Source: Vicugna vicugna (lineage: Eukaryota). Taken from it: a stretch of DNA of 64,000 nucleotides. The DNA lies in assembly GCA_013265495.1 (NCBI GenBank), contig MU058198.1, positions 7,207,779 to 7,271,778 of the forward strand, read 5' to 3'. A model generated the notes under the pieces. That model was not told where the DNA came from and did no database searches. It was given only the letters and a program-made list of their open reading frames with translations. A program made the position numbers and the translations under genes. Below, piece by piece: positions 48,067 through 60,360 of the stretch (the stretch's first letter is position 1; each line of letters starts with the position of its first letter).

Positions 48067-49478
48067 AAACAGCACTTAATGTCAAGGAATTGGAGAAGAA
48101 TAACTTATACAAGAATCTAGGTAGACAAGACCAAGATTTGGGGCACTTCAACATTTAGCAGTTAAGCAGAAGAGAAAGGTGAGGTAGGAGGAAAATTGGC
48201 AGAGTGTGATGTTATGGAGGCTAAGAGAGGAAAGTGGTCCAGAATGAGTGCTGCTGATGCTGCTGAGCTGCTGTGTAAAATGAAGTGCAGAATTTGCTAC
48301 TGGATTAGGCAACATGGCAGTTAGAGATGGGAGATAAGAGGGAGTCCTGGGTAATTCCTCTGGCTTGAGTAAATCGATGAATAGTTTTGCCATTCACTGA
48401 AATGAGGACACAAAAGACCTGGCAGTTGGGGTAGGAGGAAAGCTAATGAATTCAGTTTGGGACACATTGAGCCCATGATGGCTCTAGAACAACTAGATGA
48501 TGTCCAGCCGGCAGGTGGACATACAGGTCTGAAGTTCACAGCATTGAGCTGCCTTATGGATCTGGGTACTGAAAGTTTCAGAAGCCAAGTACCACCCCTA
48601 GCTCCTTCCTTGATGTTTGCCAAGCTTCTTCAGGCAAGAACACAAACTCTCACTGGAATATAAAACACCGCTTGAAGAGCAGCTTCTCAGGAGTTCTCTG
48701 CATCTCTGATTTTCGAAGAGTCAGGTTTCCAGGACTTGTAGAGTTCACAGGTCAGATGGTCCTTGGAGACTGACAGGAAGGAGGAGATACTCTTTCTCGG
48801 ACTGCCCCTGCCCACCCCAACTAGGAGGTTCCCTGGCTGAGCTGTAAAGCTCTTGCAAAGCATCCTGCAGGAACATCCAAGTTCTTAGCTCCACAGTGTC
48901 ATGCCCTGAAAACCAACCAAACCCAGCTCCAGCCCAGCACAGAGCATGGAGTTGGTGATAGGGGTGCGTGGGAGGCCTTCATGAAGGAGAAGGAACAGAC
49001 ATGAACATATGATTGGCCCCATCGTGTGGGCTTCTTATCCCAGGCTCTTCCTGAACCCTCACCCCACATCCTGTTAGTTTCCTTTGTTCTCCTCAGATAC
49101 ATCTTGGCAGCCAGATTTCTCTGCTTTATTCAGGGCCTCAGTATACTTGGTCTTGTTTTTTGGTCCACATTTGTGATTAGCCCTTTATAAATAGGTCTAT
49201 TCCCCAGAGTCTGGACTGTTCTCTTTTCAAACCAAAGATGTTTATCCAGTACATGTTAATGAATGTTTAATGACAGAATGGATGGGCTGGGACAGGCAAG
49301 CATGAATATGCACACACGCCCTTCTGCTGCTCAAAAGAGTTTGGCCATCTTCCCCACTAGACTCAAGCAGGTGCAGCTGGTTCCAGTAAGGCTCTTCTCT
49401 TTGGGAAACCCTGGAGTGGAAGAGGCAGTAGAAGCTGGAGAACAAAGTAGCAGAGGCCCATAAGCTGGGCAGATGGCT

Positions 49479-49532
49479 GGGACCTCATGCATGCTAAGCA
49501 TGCGCTCTACCACTGAGCTATATCCACCCCCC
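49479..49532 (-). mobile_element. 3'-truncated (tailless) tRNA-Ala/SINE copy
   Basis: The SINE head stops at GAGGTCCC. No B box and no A tail. Confidence 0.75.
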
Positions 49533-52500
49533 ATAATTTGGTTTTATATAGCACTTCATCCACTGGTGCGCTCATGGTACTTACCAGTTCTTACCTTAGT
49601 TTTGGGGTGATTGGTGTCCCTGTTCTAGATCTCCCCCTAGACAGGGTCTCCTGGAGAACAGAAGCAGCATCAGGCTTTTGTTTTCCCAGGGCCTGGTACT
49701 TGAGTCAGTCTAATAAATACTACTTTATAGGAGCATGTCTCATGGGATGCTCTCCATGACTTGCCTGCCATAGGTGGGCATGGCTGTACCTATTTTACAG
49801 ATGAGGAAACTGAGACCCAGAGAGGTCAGGAGACTTGTCTGACCTCACCAGAACTCCCCAATGCTCCTCAGCAAGTGAAAGGAGTCTTCCCCCGCAACAA
49901 GGGAGTAGAGGATGCAGCTTTACATGAGCTTCGATGTGTGCTGAGGTCACCTTGTCACTCTCTTTCCTTCTGCCCTCTGTCCTTTCTCTCCCTCTACCTT
50001 CAGTTTGCTCTTTTTCTCTTTTTCCTTTGGCTGCCTTCCCTTTTCTTCCTCTTTCTTTTCCTCCATCATCTTTCTTACCTCTCTTTGGACCTGTGATTCT
50101 GTTCTGACTTCCACCCGGGGTCTGTCACCCCCACTACCTGCTACCTCCATTTTGCTGCCCAGCCCCTCCCCAAGGAATAGTTGAATGCCTACCTTGCTCT
50201 CAACCCCTAATCCTTTCTTGGGTAACTAAGAGGACCCAGGCCAGGGAAGCATCCAGTCATTTTCCTGCCCTTTCCTACTGCCCATCCCAAGCTAGAAAGT
50301 AAACGAGTTAGAGAACTGTGTAAGTGGACAACTAGGACCAAGGGCCAGATTTCTTCTCCAAAGCCTTGTCCTGAGATATTGTCGGTACCAACTTCCACCA
50401 CTAGGAGACACCAAGAGCAAGGAAAGTGTGAAAACAGGGGGTGCTAGGGTCCCCAGTGTGTACCTCACTCATTCATTCATTGATTTGTTGATTCAATATA
50501 TTCTGAGCACTGACTGTGAACCAGACACTGTTCCACGTGCTTCGGATACAGAGTATCCTCTGCCATCTTGGAGCTTATATAGTAGCAGAAAGGGACAACT
50601 GTGCAGTGAACTAATAAATCCTCAAGACAGTTTCAGATCAGGATAAAAGCTATGAAGCCAGTAAGTACTACAATGAGTTGGAGAGTAGTCAGGTGTTGAC
50701 TGAGGTCAGAGAGGGCTTTTATGGAGCGGTTTTATTTGAGCTGCGCTTGGACTGGGGAGTGAGCGAGCTAGGTAGAAGGTTCCAGACAGAGTACAAAGGA
50801 TCTGGATGTGTTTGAAGGCCTGTGGGAAGGCAAATGGGCTAGAGTTTATTGAGAGAGGTAATGAGTATCATGAGATGGAGCAGGGGTTTTATGCAAAGCT
50901 TTATGAGAGCTTTGAGCTCTGAGCAGGGGAAAAGCCGACCGAATTTATTTATTATTATTTGTTGTTGTTAGATGAAATTTTATTTTTCAAGGTTTTATTT
51001 TTGGCTGGAGCTTACAACTACTACTTTTTTTTTATTTGCTAACTTTCTATGTAACTATCACTAATCCTTTTTACATCTTCCATGAATCTTCAAATACAAT
51101 TTTTCACACAATTAAGTATATCAATACTCTTATCAGCTTCATTTTTTCTCTTCCTGGAAGACTTCCAGGCTCCTGTTCCGGCATGGGCTGGTTGTTCTCT
51201 ATGCCTACTGGACAGATATTGCCTTGAGACCTCCCTTCACCTCTCCCCTGTGCTGGGTTGGGTTTCCTGGACCTCCTGTTTTTCTCTTTCTCAATTTGTT
51301 CCCTTGTTTTGCTGGAGCACATCTCCCAGTAGTTTACTGAGAAAGAGTGAATGGGATGAAACCACTTTGCTACCTTGCATGTCTAAAAATATCCTTCTAC
51401 TACTTGTTTGGAAAATGTGGCCAGATATAGAATTACACATAGAAAATCATTTACCCTCAGAATTTTGAAAACATTGCCTGTCTTTTAGCTTCCGACTCAC
51501 TGTTGAGACGCCTGATACCATTCTTATCACCAAACCTCTGTAGGTGATCTGCCCCTCCCCGCAGAAGACTTCAGAGAGCATAGCTTAAAAAGCGTGGACT
51601 CTGGACTCAGACTGTCTGGAAGTCTGCCAGGGCAACCTTGGACAAATTTCTCCATCTCCCTGCACCTCAGCTTCCTCGTTTGCAAAACGGGGTTTTGAAA
51701 GTTTAAAGGAGTCAATACATATAAAAGCACTTATATGTCAGTGCCTGGCAAAGAGTATGTACTATTAAAATTATTAGGGTCTCTTTGTCCCTGGCATTTT
51801 AAAACTTAACAATGAGTGTAGGTCTTTTTCCATTCACTATGCATAAATTCAAAAAGCATGTGACAGACACAACTTTGAAATTTTAGAAACCTTTCTTGTA
51901 TTATTCTTTGCTAGTTTTCTTTCTTCCATCTGCTTTATTACCTCTTTCTGGAACTCCTCTCAGATGTTGAACCTCCAACCTCACCTCTGATTTTCCTATT
52001 TTTCTTTTTTCTTCTATTGTGCATCTTTTTGTTGTTGCTGTCCTTTCTGATAAATTTCCCAACTTTACTTTCTAAGTCTTCTACTGAATTTTAAAATTTT
52101 AGCTACACTTTTATATTTTAAGTACTTGGCTCTTATTATCTTTTTATAGATACTTTGTCTTCTTTTATTTCTGCTTTTTTTCCTTCTGCTTCCTGTATTA
52201 TCTCTTTCTTGAGTTTTTTGTTTGCTTTGACTTCAGGTTGAAGGCTTGCCTCAAATGGTGATCCTTGACTGCTCATATTTTAAAATGAGGCATTAAAAAG
52301 AATGTGTTTGAGTGAAGCTTTTCAACTGGGAGGCTCCCTAAATGTTTATATTTATAGGTCTTTTTCCTGGGCAGGTTTATTTTCTCCAGAGGAATATTCT
52401 CCAGTCTTCTATCTGCACCAGCCAGGGGCAGTATAAGCTCCCTGGGCAATGTTTCTAATAGCTAAGCTGAGGAAAGGAGCTGGGGCAATCTCATTTTTCA

Positions 52501-53031
52501 GTCCTTACTCTTCGGTTTTTGATAACGCTCCCAGTACTCTCTCTGCCTGGTGTCCTTGACTTTACAGTATTTTTTAAATCCACATTTTCCAAAAAATAAA
52601 TCACCTTTTTCCTACAAAAGTGAGAAGTCATCTGGCTGTGTGACAAGGAGAGGTGTGAGAACTTCAAAGACCTGATTACTCTGTGCATAAACTTTTAACC
52701 AGTATCTGTTTTTATCCTCACCTTTTGACCCCACCTTCCTTAGTATACCTGGAGCATATCTCCTTGCTTCCTGTTAGTATTCCCTGACTCTGAAGGCATT
52801 TATACTTTGGCCTCCTCTGTTCTGCTCTTCCACCCACTTTCCATCTTCCAAGAATAGCTGACTTTTTTTTCTATTTCCTCTCCCACCCTTTAGTTCTTGG
52901 GGTTTATGCCTGTCTTGAGTCCTTTGCTGTCAACTCTAAATGAATCAGCTGGTTTATTTTATGACTGTAAAAAGATTCAGAATTCCAAGGATCCAAACAT
53001 TTAGCCAGAAGAATTTTTCAACAAAATTCTC

Positions 53032-53057
53032 TTTATTTCACTGGAAATCACTTTATT
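53032..53057 (-). terminator. SEPHS2 tandem polyadenylation signals
   Basis: AATAAA on - at 53057-53052 and 53037-53032, just 3' of the SECIS. Confidence 0.75.
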
Positions 53058-53121
53058 GATTAAATCACCAGGAATTTTCAGCACAAGATTTAACATCTTA
53101 ATGTCCACCAAGGCCTAGGCT

Positions 53122-53190
53122 CTGGGGCTTGCTCTGCCTCTCCCGGTCCTTAAAGGGGTTTAGAGGGAGAGACATCATTAACAGAGACCA
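53122..53190 (-). promoter_or_regulatory. SECIS element (type II) in SEPHS2 3'UTR
   Basis: mRNA GUUA-AUGA-UGUCUCUCCCUCU-AAA-CCCCUUUAAGGACC-GGGAGAGGC-AGAG. AUGA at 53178-53175, helix II GUCUCUCCC/GGGAGAGGC, AAA at 53161-53159, apical mini-stem CCU/AGG, and a 3' GA. Confidence 0.93.
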
Positions 53191-53760
53191 AGTAAGGTGG
53201 CTGAGGTCCTCCTTTCCCAATCATTGGACAAGCTGCTCAATTCTTGTCCAGAGCAGGAAAGAGCCAGTATTTCAGAGAAATCTAATAAAGAATTTGACAT
53301 TGCATTTTACTATCTCTCTTAACAGTTTAGATTTATCAACAATATTGGTCCAAACTTATTTGCTTCTGATCTAAATGTTTTTCATTTTGTAATTTACTTC
53401 TGCTATCTATGTAATTTTAATAATCTCACTCCCTGTGCAGAAATCAATCAACCCTGTGCCAAGAGAAATCTCTCAAACCTGAGTAGCCTAATCTTGCTCT
53501 TGGAAAGAGTAAATAAAGGTTTTTCTGCTCTTCTTCCACTCAAGAAATTAACAACCCTAACCCTCAGAAGTTCAAAATAAATGTTACTTTTGGCCTTGGA
53601 ATGTGCAGCTTTTGATGGGCCAATTCAAGTCACCTAGAAAGAGCAACTGGAACTACTATGCAGGCAGCCTTTGGAAATTTCTTCCTAAAATGAACTTTTG
53701 AGAACCGTCCATGATTGTGTACAAAGGCTGTCTGGTCCAGACCACTTCTGCTATTCCATC

Positions 53761-55119
53761 TCATGAGCTAGGCTCAGAGGAGGCACTGGCATTCTCAGGA
53801 ACAAGAGCAGTAGCAGTGGCCCCACGAGGTAGGACCTCAATGACTCGAGGCTTGTCAATGATCCGGGCGGTCCGGTTCCCCTTTTCCACAATGCCGACAA
53901 TCCATGCTTGGTGACCCTCTCCATACTTTGAAGATTTGATTTCAGAACAAAAGCGAGCTGCTTGTTCTCTTGGCAGACAAATCAGTAATCCCCCTGAAGT
54001 TTCTGCTGAGGTTCCTTGAAGGAGCCCAAAGCGCCCACTGGCTTTGCTGATGGCAGCCATCTTAGCAATAATTGGCAGATTATGAATGACAAAGGACACC
54101 TCATTTCTTTGTTGTTTTGCAAGGTTCTGAGAGTGTCCTAGAATGCCAAAGCCTGTGATATCAGTGGCTGCATGGGCATTAAACGTGTGCATTAATCCAG
54201 CAGCAGTTCTATTGAGGGTAGCCATATTGAACATGGCTTCCTGATAGGCCAGCTCTACCTCTTCTCTGGAGACCACCATCTTTATTTTATTCCATCTCTC
54301 AGGATTATCCAGCCATTGGTGGGCATTAACAGCAACTTGGGTTCCTAAGGGTTTGGTTAACACCAGCACATCCCCAACAACGGCACTGTCAGGCATTATG
54401 AATTCATTTGGCTGACATACCACAGTGGCAACTCCACCGACGATAATCCAAGGGTTTACTACCGTCTGCCCACCAGTCACTGCAGTCCCTCCTTCCTCTG
54501 CAGCGTCCCGAAAGCCTTTGATCATGAGTGGTGTTATCTTTTCTCGCTCCTCCTCAGTCATACTCTGGCTGACGCTGAGTAGCATCAACATGTTGTCACA
54601 TTCGGTAATGCCCATGGCGTAGAGGTCACTCAGCACGTTGGCACAAGCTATGCGCCCCATCATGTAGGGATCTTCCACCAAGGGGTAAAAGAAGTCCGTG
54701 GTCTGCACCAGGGAGAGGCCCCCGTGTCTCAGGGGTATGACACAGGAATCCAACCCAATGCCGAGGGTTGGAAGGGCTGGGCTGGGTTCCGCCCTAACCG
54801 GCAGGCAGGCTTCCTGGGCTGCCTCTTCTGGGCCTCCGACCAGGGTCCGGCCCAGCGGGGGCCGCACGTCTGGCCGCGTCAGTCCCGCCAGGAGTTTGAG
54901 CAGCGTCTCCTGGGGGACCTTGCAGCCTCAGCCCTTCATGCCAGAGAAGCCGGTCAGCCGCCAGCTCGGGCTTAGGCCCAACGCCTGGGGCTCGAAGGGC
55001 CGGTAGCTCGAGAAGCCTCGGCCTAGAGACAAACCCGCCGCGCCCGAGGAGCCTTCCCCCGCCGCCACCGCTGCCGCCATCGCCTCTCCGCCGGCGCCCG
55101 TTGCTGCGGCTTCCGCCAT
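53761..55119 (-). CDS. SEPHS2: Selenophosphate synthetase 2 (selenoprotein, Sec at codon 64), intronless CDS, 452 aa
   Basis: ORFs 54928-55122 and 53761-54867 are in the same frame, separated by TGA at 54930-54928 in [15 protein letters not shown]. SelD motifs [23 protein letters not shown] and ETSGGLL are present, as is a SECIS. Confidence 0.97.
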
Positions 55120-55199
55120 CACGCCTGCCCTGCAGGGAGGGGAAAGGAGGAGCGAGGACAGGAGATCCTTTTTACTTTCTACTCCAGTTAATAAAGAGT

Positions 55200-55450
55200 A
55201 AGTCAGATGTTACCGCAGAGATTTTCCCCGGCACAACTCTCACGGAAGGACTACTGCCACCCCACGCGCTCCTGGCGGTCCTGAAGGAGGAGCCTCTGGC
55301 CTCTCATATTTATAACCCTGGTGATTGACAGCTGTACCATCCAATGAGAACTTTGTCACCGAGGGGCGGGCTTCCTGCCGTCTAAAAGATGTATTACAAA
55401 TCAACCACCAGCTTCCGAAATTGGTCTCGGCAAGTTTACAGAACAAGTGA
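55200..55450 (-). promoter_or_regulatory. SEPHS2 promoter with PBX/PREP decamer + CCAAT + GC box
   Basis: TGATTGACAG at 55322-55331, CCAAT at 55341, GGGGCGGG at ~55363. TATAAAT on - at ~55313-55307. Confidence 0.6.
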
Positions 55451-55721
55451 TTTTGTTCATTCCCCTTGATGTAATTTAAATGAACTCTTGGGAGAACCTG
55501 GCGAAACTCTGTTCCCCTCGAGGCAGTTGACCAAATCCAGCATTTTCTAAGACAAGGGAAGATCGGTCACTCGGCAAACCTCAAGCAAGTCAGAACTGTC
55601 CAAGAGTCACTTGATAGCGCACATGATCAATACAGGGTAGGAAATAGTCCAGGGGAAAAAAATCAGAAAAAAATGATGAGAAATTGTAAGTTACTAACAT
55701 TATGTAAGCAAACTGCAGCAT

Positions 55722-56098
55722 CCATTCTAAGTGAAGTAAGCCAGAAAGAGAAAGAAAAATACCATATGAGATCGCTCATATGTGGAATCTAAAACAAAAA
55801 CAAAAACAAAAACAAACAAAGCATAAATGCAAAACAGAAACAGACTCATAGACAATGAATACAAACTTGTGGTTGCCAAGGGTGCGGAGGGTGGGAAGGG
55901 ATAGACAGGATTTCAGAACTGTAGAATAGATAAACAAGATTATACTGTATAGCACAGGGAAATATACACAAGATCTTGTGGTAGCTCACAGAGAAAAAAA
56001 TGTGACGATGAATATGTATATGTTCATGTATAACTGAAAAATTGTGCTCTACACTGGAATTTGACACATTGTAAAATGATTATAACTCAGTAAAAAAT
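55722..56098 (+). mobile_element. LINE-1 3'UTR fragment
   Basis: ATTCTAAGTGAAGTAAGCCAGAAAGAGAAAG...ATATGTGGAATCTAAAA...GTGGTTGCCAAGGG...TATAGCACAGGGAA. Confidence 0.85.
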
Positions 56099-58868
56099 GT
56101 TATATTGTTGTTTAAAAAAATAATGAAATGTTAACATGGACTTGAAAGAATTTTAGGACTCTTTTAAGTCCAGACACCTGCATGGGTTCTCATGCTGCTT
56201 CCACCAATTGCCTGTGTGAGTCACTTTCCCTCTCCCGGAATTAGCTGACTCATCTGGACAAAAAGTAAGCTTACCTAAGTTTCTTTTATTCTAAAGTTTC
56301 TATATATCTTTAAGTTAACGTATGTGAGAGTCTGTGATGTATTCAGGAAGGGTAGTTTGCCAATATCCTTTAAAATTATAACGGCATGCATTACCTGACC
56401 CAGAAGTTCCAATTGTAGAACTTTATCCTGCAGATGCACTGGCCTATTTGAGTAGGAAATGGTAGTTAGTTATTGCTGCGCCTTTTGTAATATCAACAGA
56501 CTGGAAACAACTTAAGTGTTTATCAATTATGATGAAAATAAATTATGATACATTTACATTACAGGCCACAAAATAACTGTAAAAAAGAATAAGAAAACAT
56601 TGATGTGATTATATTGATAACAGTTATAGTTCTAATAGGCACAATTCTAAATGCTTTACATATATTAACTAACTTAATTCTCATAAAGACCTTATAAATT
56701 AAGATTCTCATGAGATAATTCAAATAAGGAATATAAGGCACAGAGAGATTAAATGACCTGTTCAAATTCACAGCCAATTTGGGGTGGAGCTGGATGTGAA
56801 TCCATACAATTTGCTCCAAAGACCACCAGATTATACTTCCGATGATGTTTGTTAAGAGAAACAAAGACGCTTCAGAACAGTATGTATAGAACACTATTAC
56901 TTGTTTTAAAAAAAGTAGGAAAGTATATACAGAAGCATAGCTCTGGAAGAGTGATCACCAGAAACTGGATATTTTGATTGCTTCTGGGGAGGGAATGAGA
57001 TGATAAGGGAACAGGACATTTTTTCCATTATATTGTCTTTTTCTTGTTTTAACATTTGGAACTTAAAAAAATTCTTTTAAAGTTTAAATGTAATACATAC
57101 TTGAAAAAAAATTAACTGCCTATGGGAATATAAATTGTTGCACACATTTTGGAAAAGAGCTTGGCCTCAACTGATAAATTTGGACATATGTAAACCCATG
57201 CAATTGCACCCATAGGACATGCCCTAGAGAAACTGCTGCACGAGTGCCCCAGGTGATATATACAAGAATGACTGTCATTGCACATAAATTATACTTCAAT
57301 AAATAATTAATTGATTAATTAAAAATGTAGGAGCTCTGGAGATTGATTGCATAACAATGTGAATGTACTTAACACTACTGAACTGTACAACTAAAAATGA
57401 TTAAGATGGTAAATTTCATGTTATGTGTATTTTACCACAATTAAAAATATTAAAAATATAGTAGATACTCATAGATCTTATGGTACATCGTTACAGTTGT
57501 TTTTAAAAATACTTTTTAATTGAAGCATAGTTGATTTACAGTGTTAGTTTCAGATGTATACATTTGGTTTTTTATTATTGCACAATACAGTATTAAGTTC
57601 TGGAGTGAATTGGAAGGACCTAGAACATTAGAATTAGACTGAGTTTCAATCTTGGCTCTCCTAATGACCTTAGGCGAATTGTCTAACCTGTAGGAAAATC
57701 ACTTTCATTGCCTATAAAATAGTCCTTTCACCTGAAGGTAATAACACTTATCAAATAGCAATATTATGCTAGTTAAATTTTAAAATGTGTATAAAGCACC
57801 TAACACCGTTCCTGGCTGATGGTAAACTCAAACTAAATGACAGAACTTATTATCATATAATACCGTTAACATGGGTACAGGGACTGGAATTCAAATTCAC
57901 AAAATTTATAATACCTTGAAAATTTTTTTATAAAAAGAAATTTGTTTATCTCCCTTAAAGAAAAAGAACTATAACAGTAAAATACTGGAAATGATCCAAG
58001 TGTCTGTCAACAAGGGAATGCATAAATAAATTGGGATATAATCACAATGGAATATTATTTATCTGAGAAAATGAGGTATAGGCAGCGCCATCAGTATGGA
58101 TAATCTCAAAAACAAAACGTTGAGGGAAGAAGCAAGTTACGGAAGAAGACATAAACTAAGATGCCATTTATATACAAGCAATAATATATTGTTGAGAGAT
58201 GCATAAATGATAAAAAAAACTTTCAGAAGGTAAAACAGTGAATGATTAACAAAATTTAGCATAGGAGTTACTTCTGGGGAAGGGAACATAGGGGCCCTCT
58301 GAGCTTTGTTAAATTCTGTTCCTTGGGCTGGGTGGTGGTTACATTAGTGTTCACGTAACTAAAAATGTGGAAGCAAAAGATCCCTGGGTTTTGTCAAACC
58401 TCTGGATCTGCTGTCAGTGAGCGGTCTGGCCTTGAGGAAGTTACATAATTTCTCTACACCTTAGTTTCCCCTTCTGTAAAATCAGGGTCATAATCTCTGC
58501 TTTGGATCGTATGAAAATCTCAACTATGAAAAGTTCTTTTCAAAATGTTCAGCATATAGTGCCCATGAAGGATTCTTTTTATCATTAAGGGAAAAATGAA
58601 AACATTCTATTACGTCTGTAGTCACCTTGCCTGGGTTAAAAATTGACTCCATCAGGTACTTCTGGTTACATGCTCTCTTAGGTCTTTGGACTTTTCCTTT
58701 TCAGTATTTAGTACAATTTGTACTTCTTTATTCATGTGATTACACCATAACTATCTGTCCCACTAGGCTTCTTTGTTTTGTCCACCCTGGTTTCCCTAGC
58801 AATAACTTTTGTGAAACGAATACATCATTTTATACATTGCTAAGTACATATGCTGAGCCTTAGGATGA

Positions 58869-58925
58869 CCAGGACCTCATGCATACTAAGCACAAACTCT
58901 ACCACTGAGCTATCCCCTTCCCCCC
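58869..58925 (-). mobile_element. 3'-truncated (tailless) tRNA-Ala/SINE copy
   Basis: The SINE head stops at GAGGTCCTGG. No B box or tail. Confidence 0.72.
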
Positions 58926-59502
58926 TGGAAGTTGGTATTCTAATCTCCATTTTACGGAGGCAAAAACTGAGATCCCTGATAGGTTAGGGGTCTTGCACAG
59001 GGTCACTAGCTGGGAATCAACCTAGTGAGAATGCAAACCCATGTCTGTCTGACCTGAAGGCTGATGCTTTATCGCTCATCCTAGGGGCCCCCTTGATAAT
59101 ACTAATAACTCCCTGCAACGCCTCTCAAGGAAGCAGGATTCTTTTGGGGGAAGATTTTCATCCATATCGCTCCCTGTCACTTCTACCTGGGAGCAATGTT
59201 CACCTGGGCCAGTGCAAAGTAAATTTGCCTTGGCCAGTGACCAACCCACTGGGCTCAGAACAAGTTCATATGCCTTTGTGCAGGCAACCCACCTGGGTGG
59301 ATCCTTGTAACTGCATCATGAGCATTCAAAAGTGATTTTTAAAAAATCTTTTGCTTATTTTTCACTGAGAGATTCACTGAATACATTTACCATTTGGGTC
59401 AAAGATTGCAAAGGTAAAAACCTGGAGGTGAGGTTGGGAGAGCAGGCAAAGGAGAAGAAAGAGAGGTTTTAGGGAACGAGGATTTGAATACCAGTTTGTC
59501 AT

Positions 59503-59720
59503 TTTTTAAAACTGGGGCATAGTTGATTAACTATATATATGTTTCAGGTGTACAACTTAATTATTCAAAATTTTTTATAGATTTACCGCATTTAAAGTTA
59601 TTGTAAAATATTGGCTATATTCCCTGTGCTGCACAATACATCCTACAGCTTATTTATTTTATACATAGTTGTTTGTACCTCCTAATCCCGCTTCCCTGTC
59701 TTGCCCCTCCCCCTCGCCCA
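59503..59720 (-). mobile_element. L1 3'-end fragment
   Basis: AAAATATTGGCTATATTCCCTGTG...CAATACATCC...TTATTTATTTTATACATAG, similar to the fragment at 46807-47216. Confidence 0.65.
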
Positions 59721-60118
59721 CTTGTTTTCCATATACGACAAAAGCCTTGGGGCTAGGGCTAGTTGTAGTTTTTTTCCCCATTATGATAATCATTTAGTTA
59801 TAAAACTACATTTTAAGGTTCAGTACACTTTTTAGACTGTTTTTTATTGTGGTGAAATATACATTCAGTATATTTTCAGTACACTGAAAATACTTCCGTA
59901 TGCTTAGTACACTTTCAATTCAGATTTTTTCTTATTGCAAGATCATTCTTCTGTCATTGGAGAAAAGTCACTAAATGAAATTTAGTAAAAAGGAAAAAAG
60001 TTAAAATAACTTGAAATCCTTCCCCCCAGAGAGAAGTACTATTGACACCTTAAGGAGCAGAGCTTAGTTTAGGCATTTTTTCCTGTGTACTATATGGAGG
60101 GACACCACCTCACAATGA

Positions 60119-60133
60119 CCGCCAGGGGACGCC
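60119..60133 (+). promoter_or_regulatory. CTCF-like motif
   Basis: CCGCCAGGGGACGCC (one mismatch to the core) in a small CpG-retaining patch within AT-rich DNA. Confidence 0.5.
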
Positions 60134-60216
60134 CTATCATTCCTTCCCGGCTGTTTGGAGCCGCAAAGTATATGTGTTCTGTGTATTACATATACTTTAA
60201 GAAACAAAACAAAACA

Positions 60217-60360
60217 GGGGGAGGGTATAGCTCAAGTGGTGGAGTGCATGGTTGGCATGCATGAGGTTCTGGATTGAGTCCCCAGTACCTCCTCTAAAAA
60301 TAAATAAATAAACCAACTTAATTACCTACCCCCCAAAATGAAATTAAAAAAAAAAAAAAA
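60217..60360 (+). mobile_element. tRNA-Ala-derived SINE (Vic-1-like)
   Basis: GGGGGAGGGTATAGCTCAAGTGGT...CCCCAGTACCTCCTCTAAAAATAAATAAA...CCCCCCAAAA plus poly-A. Confidence 0.85.

Noticed and set aside
52850..53030. Remnant poly-A tail or TSD of the SEPHS2 retroposition
   Set aside because: Only short T runs far from the poly-A signal, and no matching duplication found.
54928..54930. Premature stop suggesting a SEPHS pseudogene
   Set aside because: The TGA is at the Sec position, the frame is otherwise intact, and a SECIS is present.
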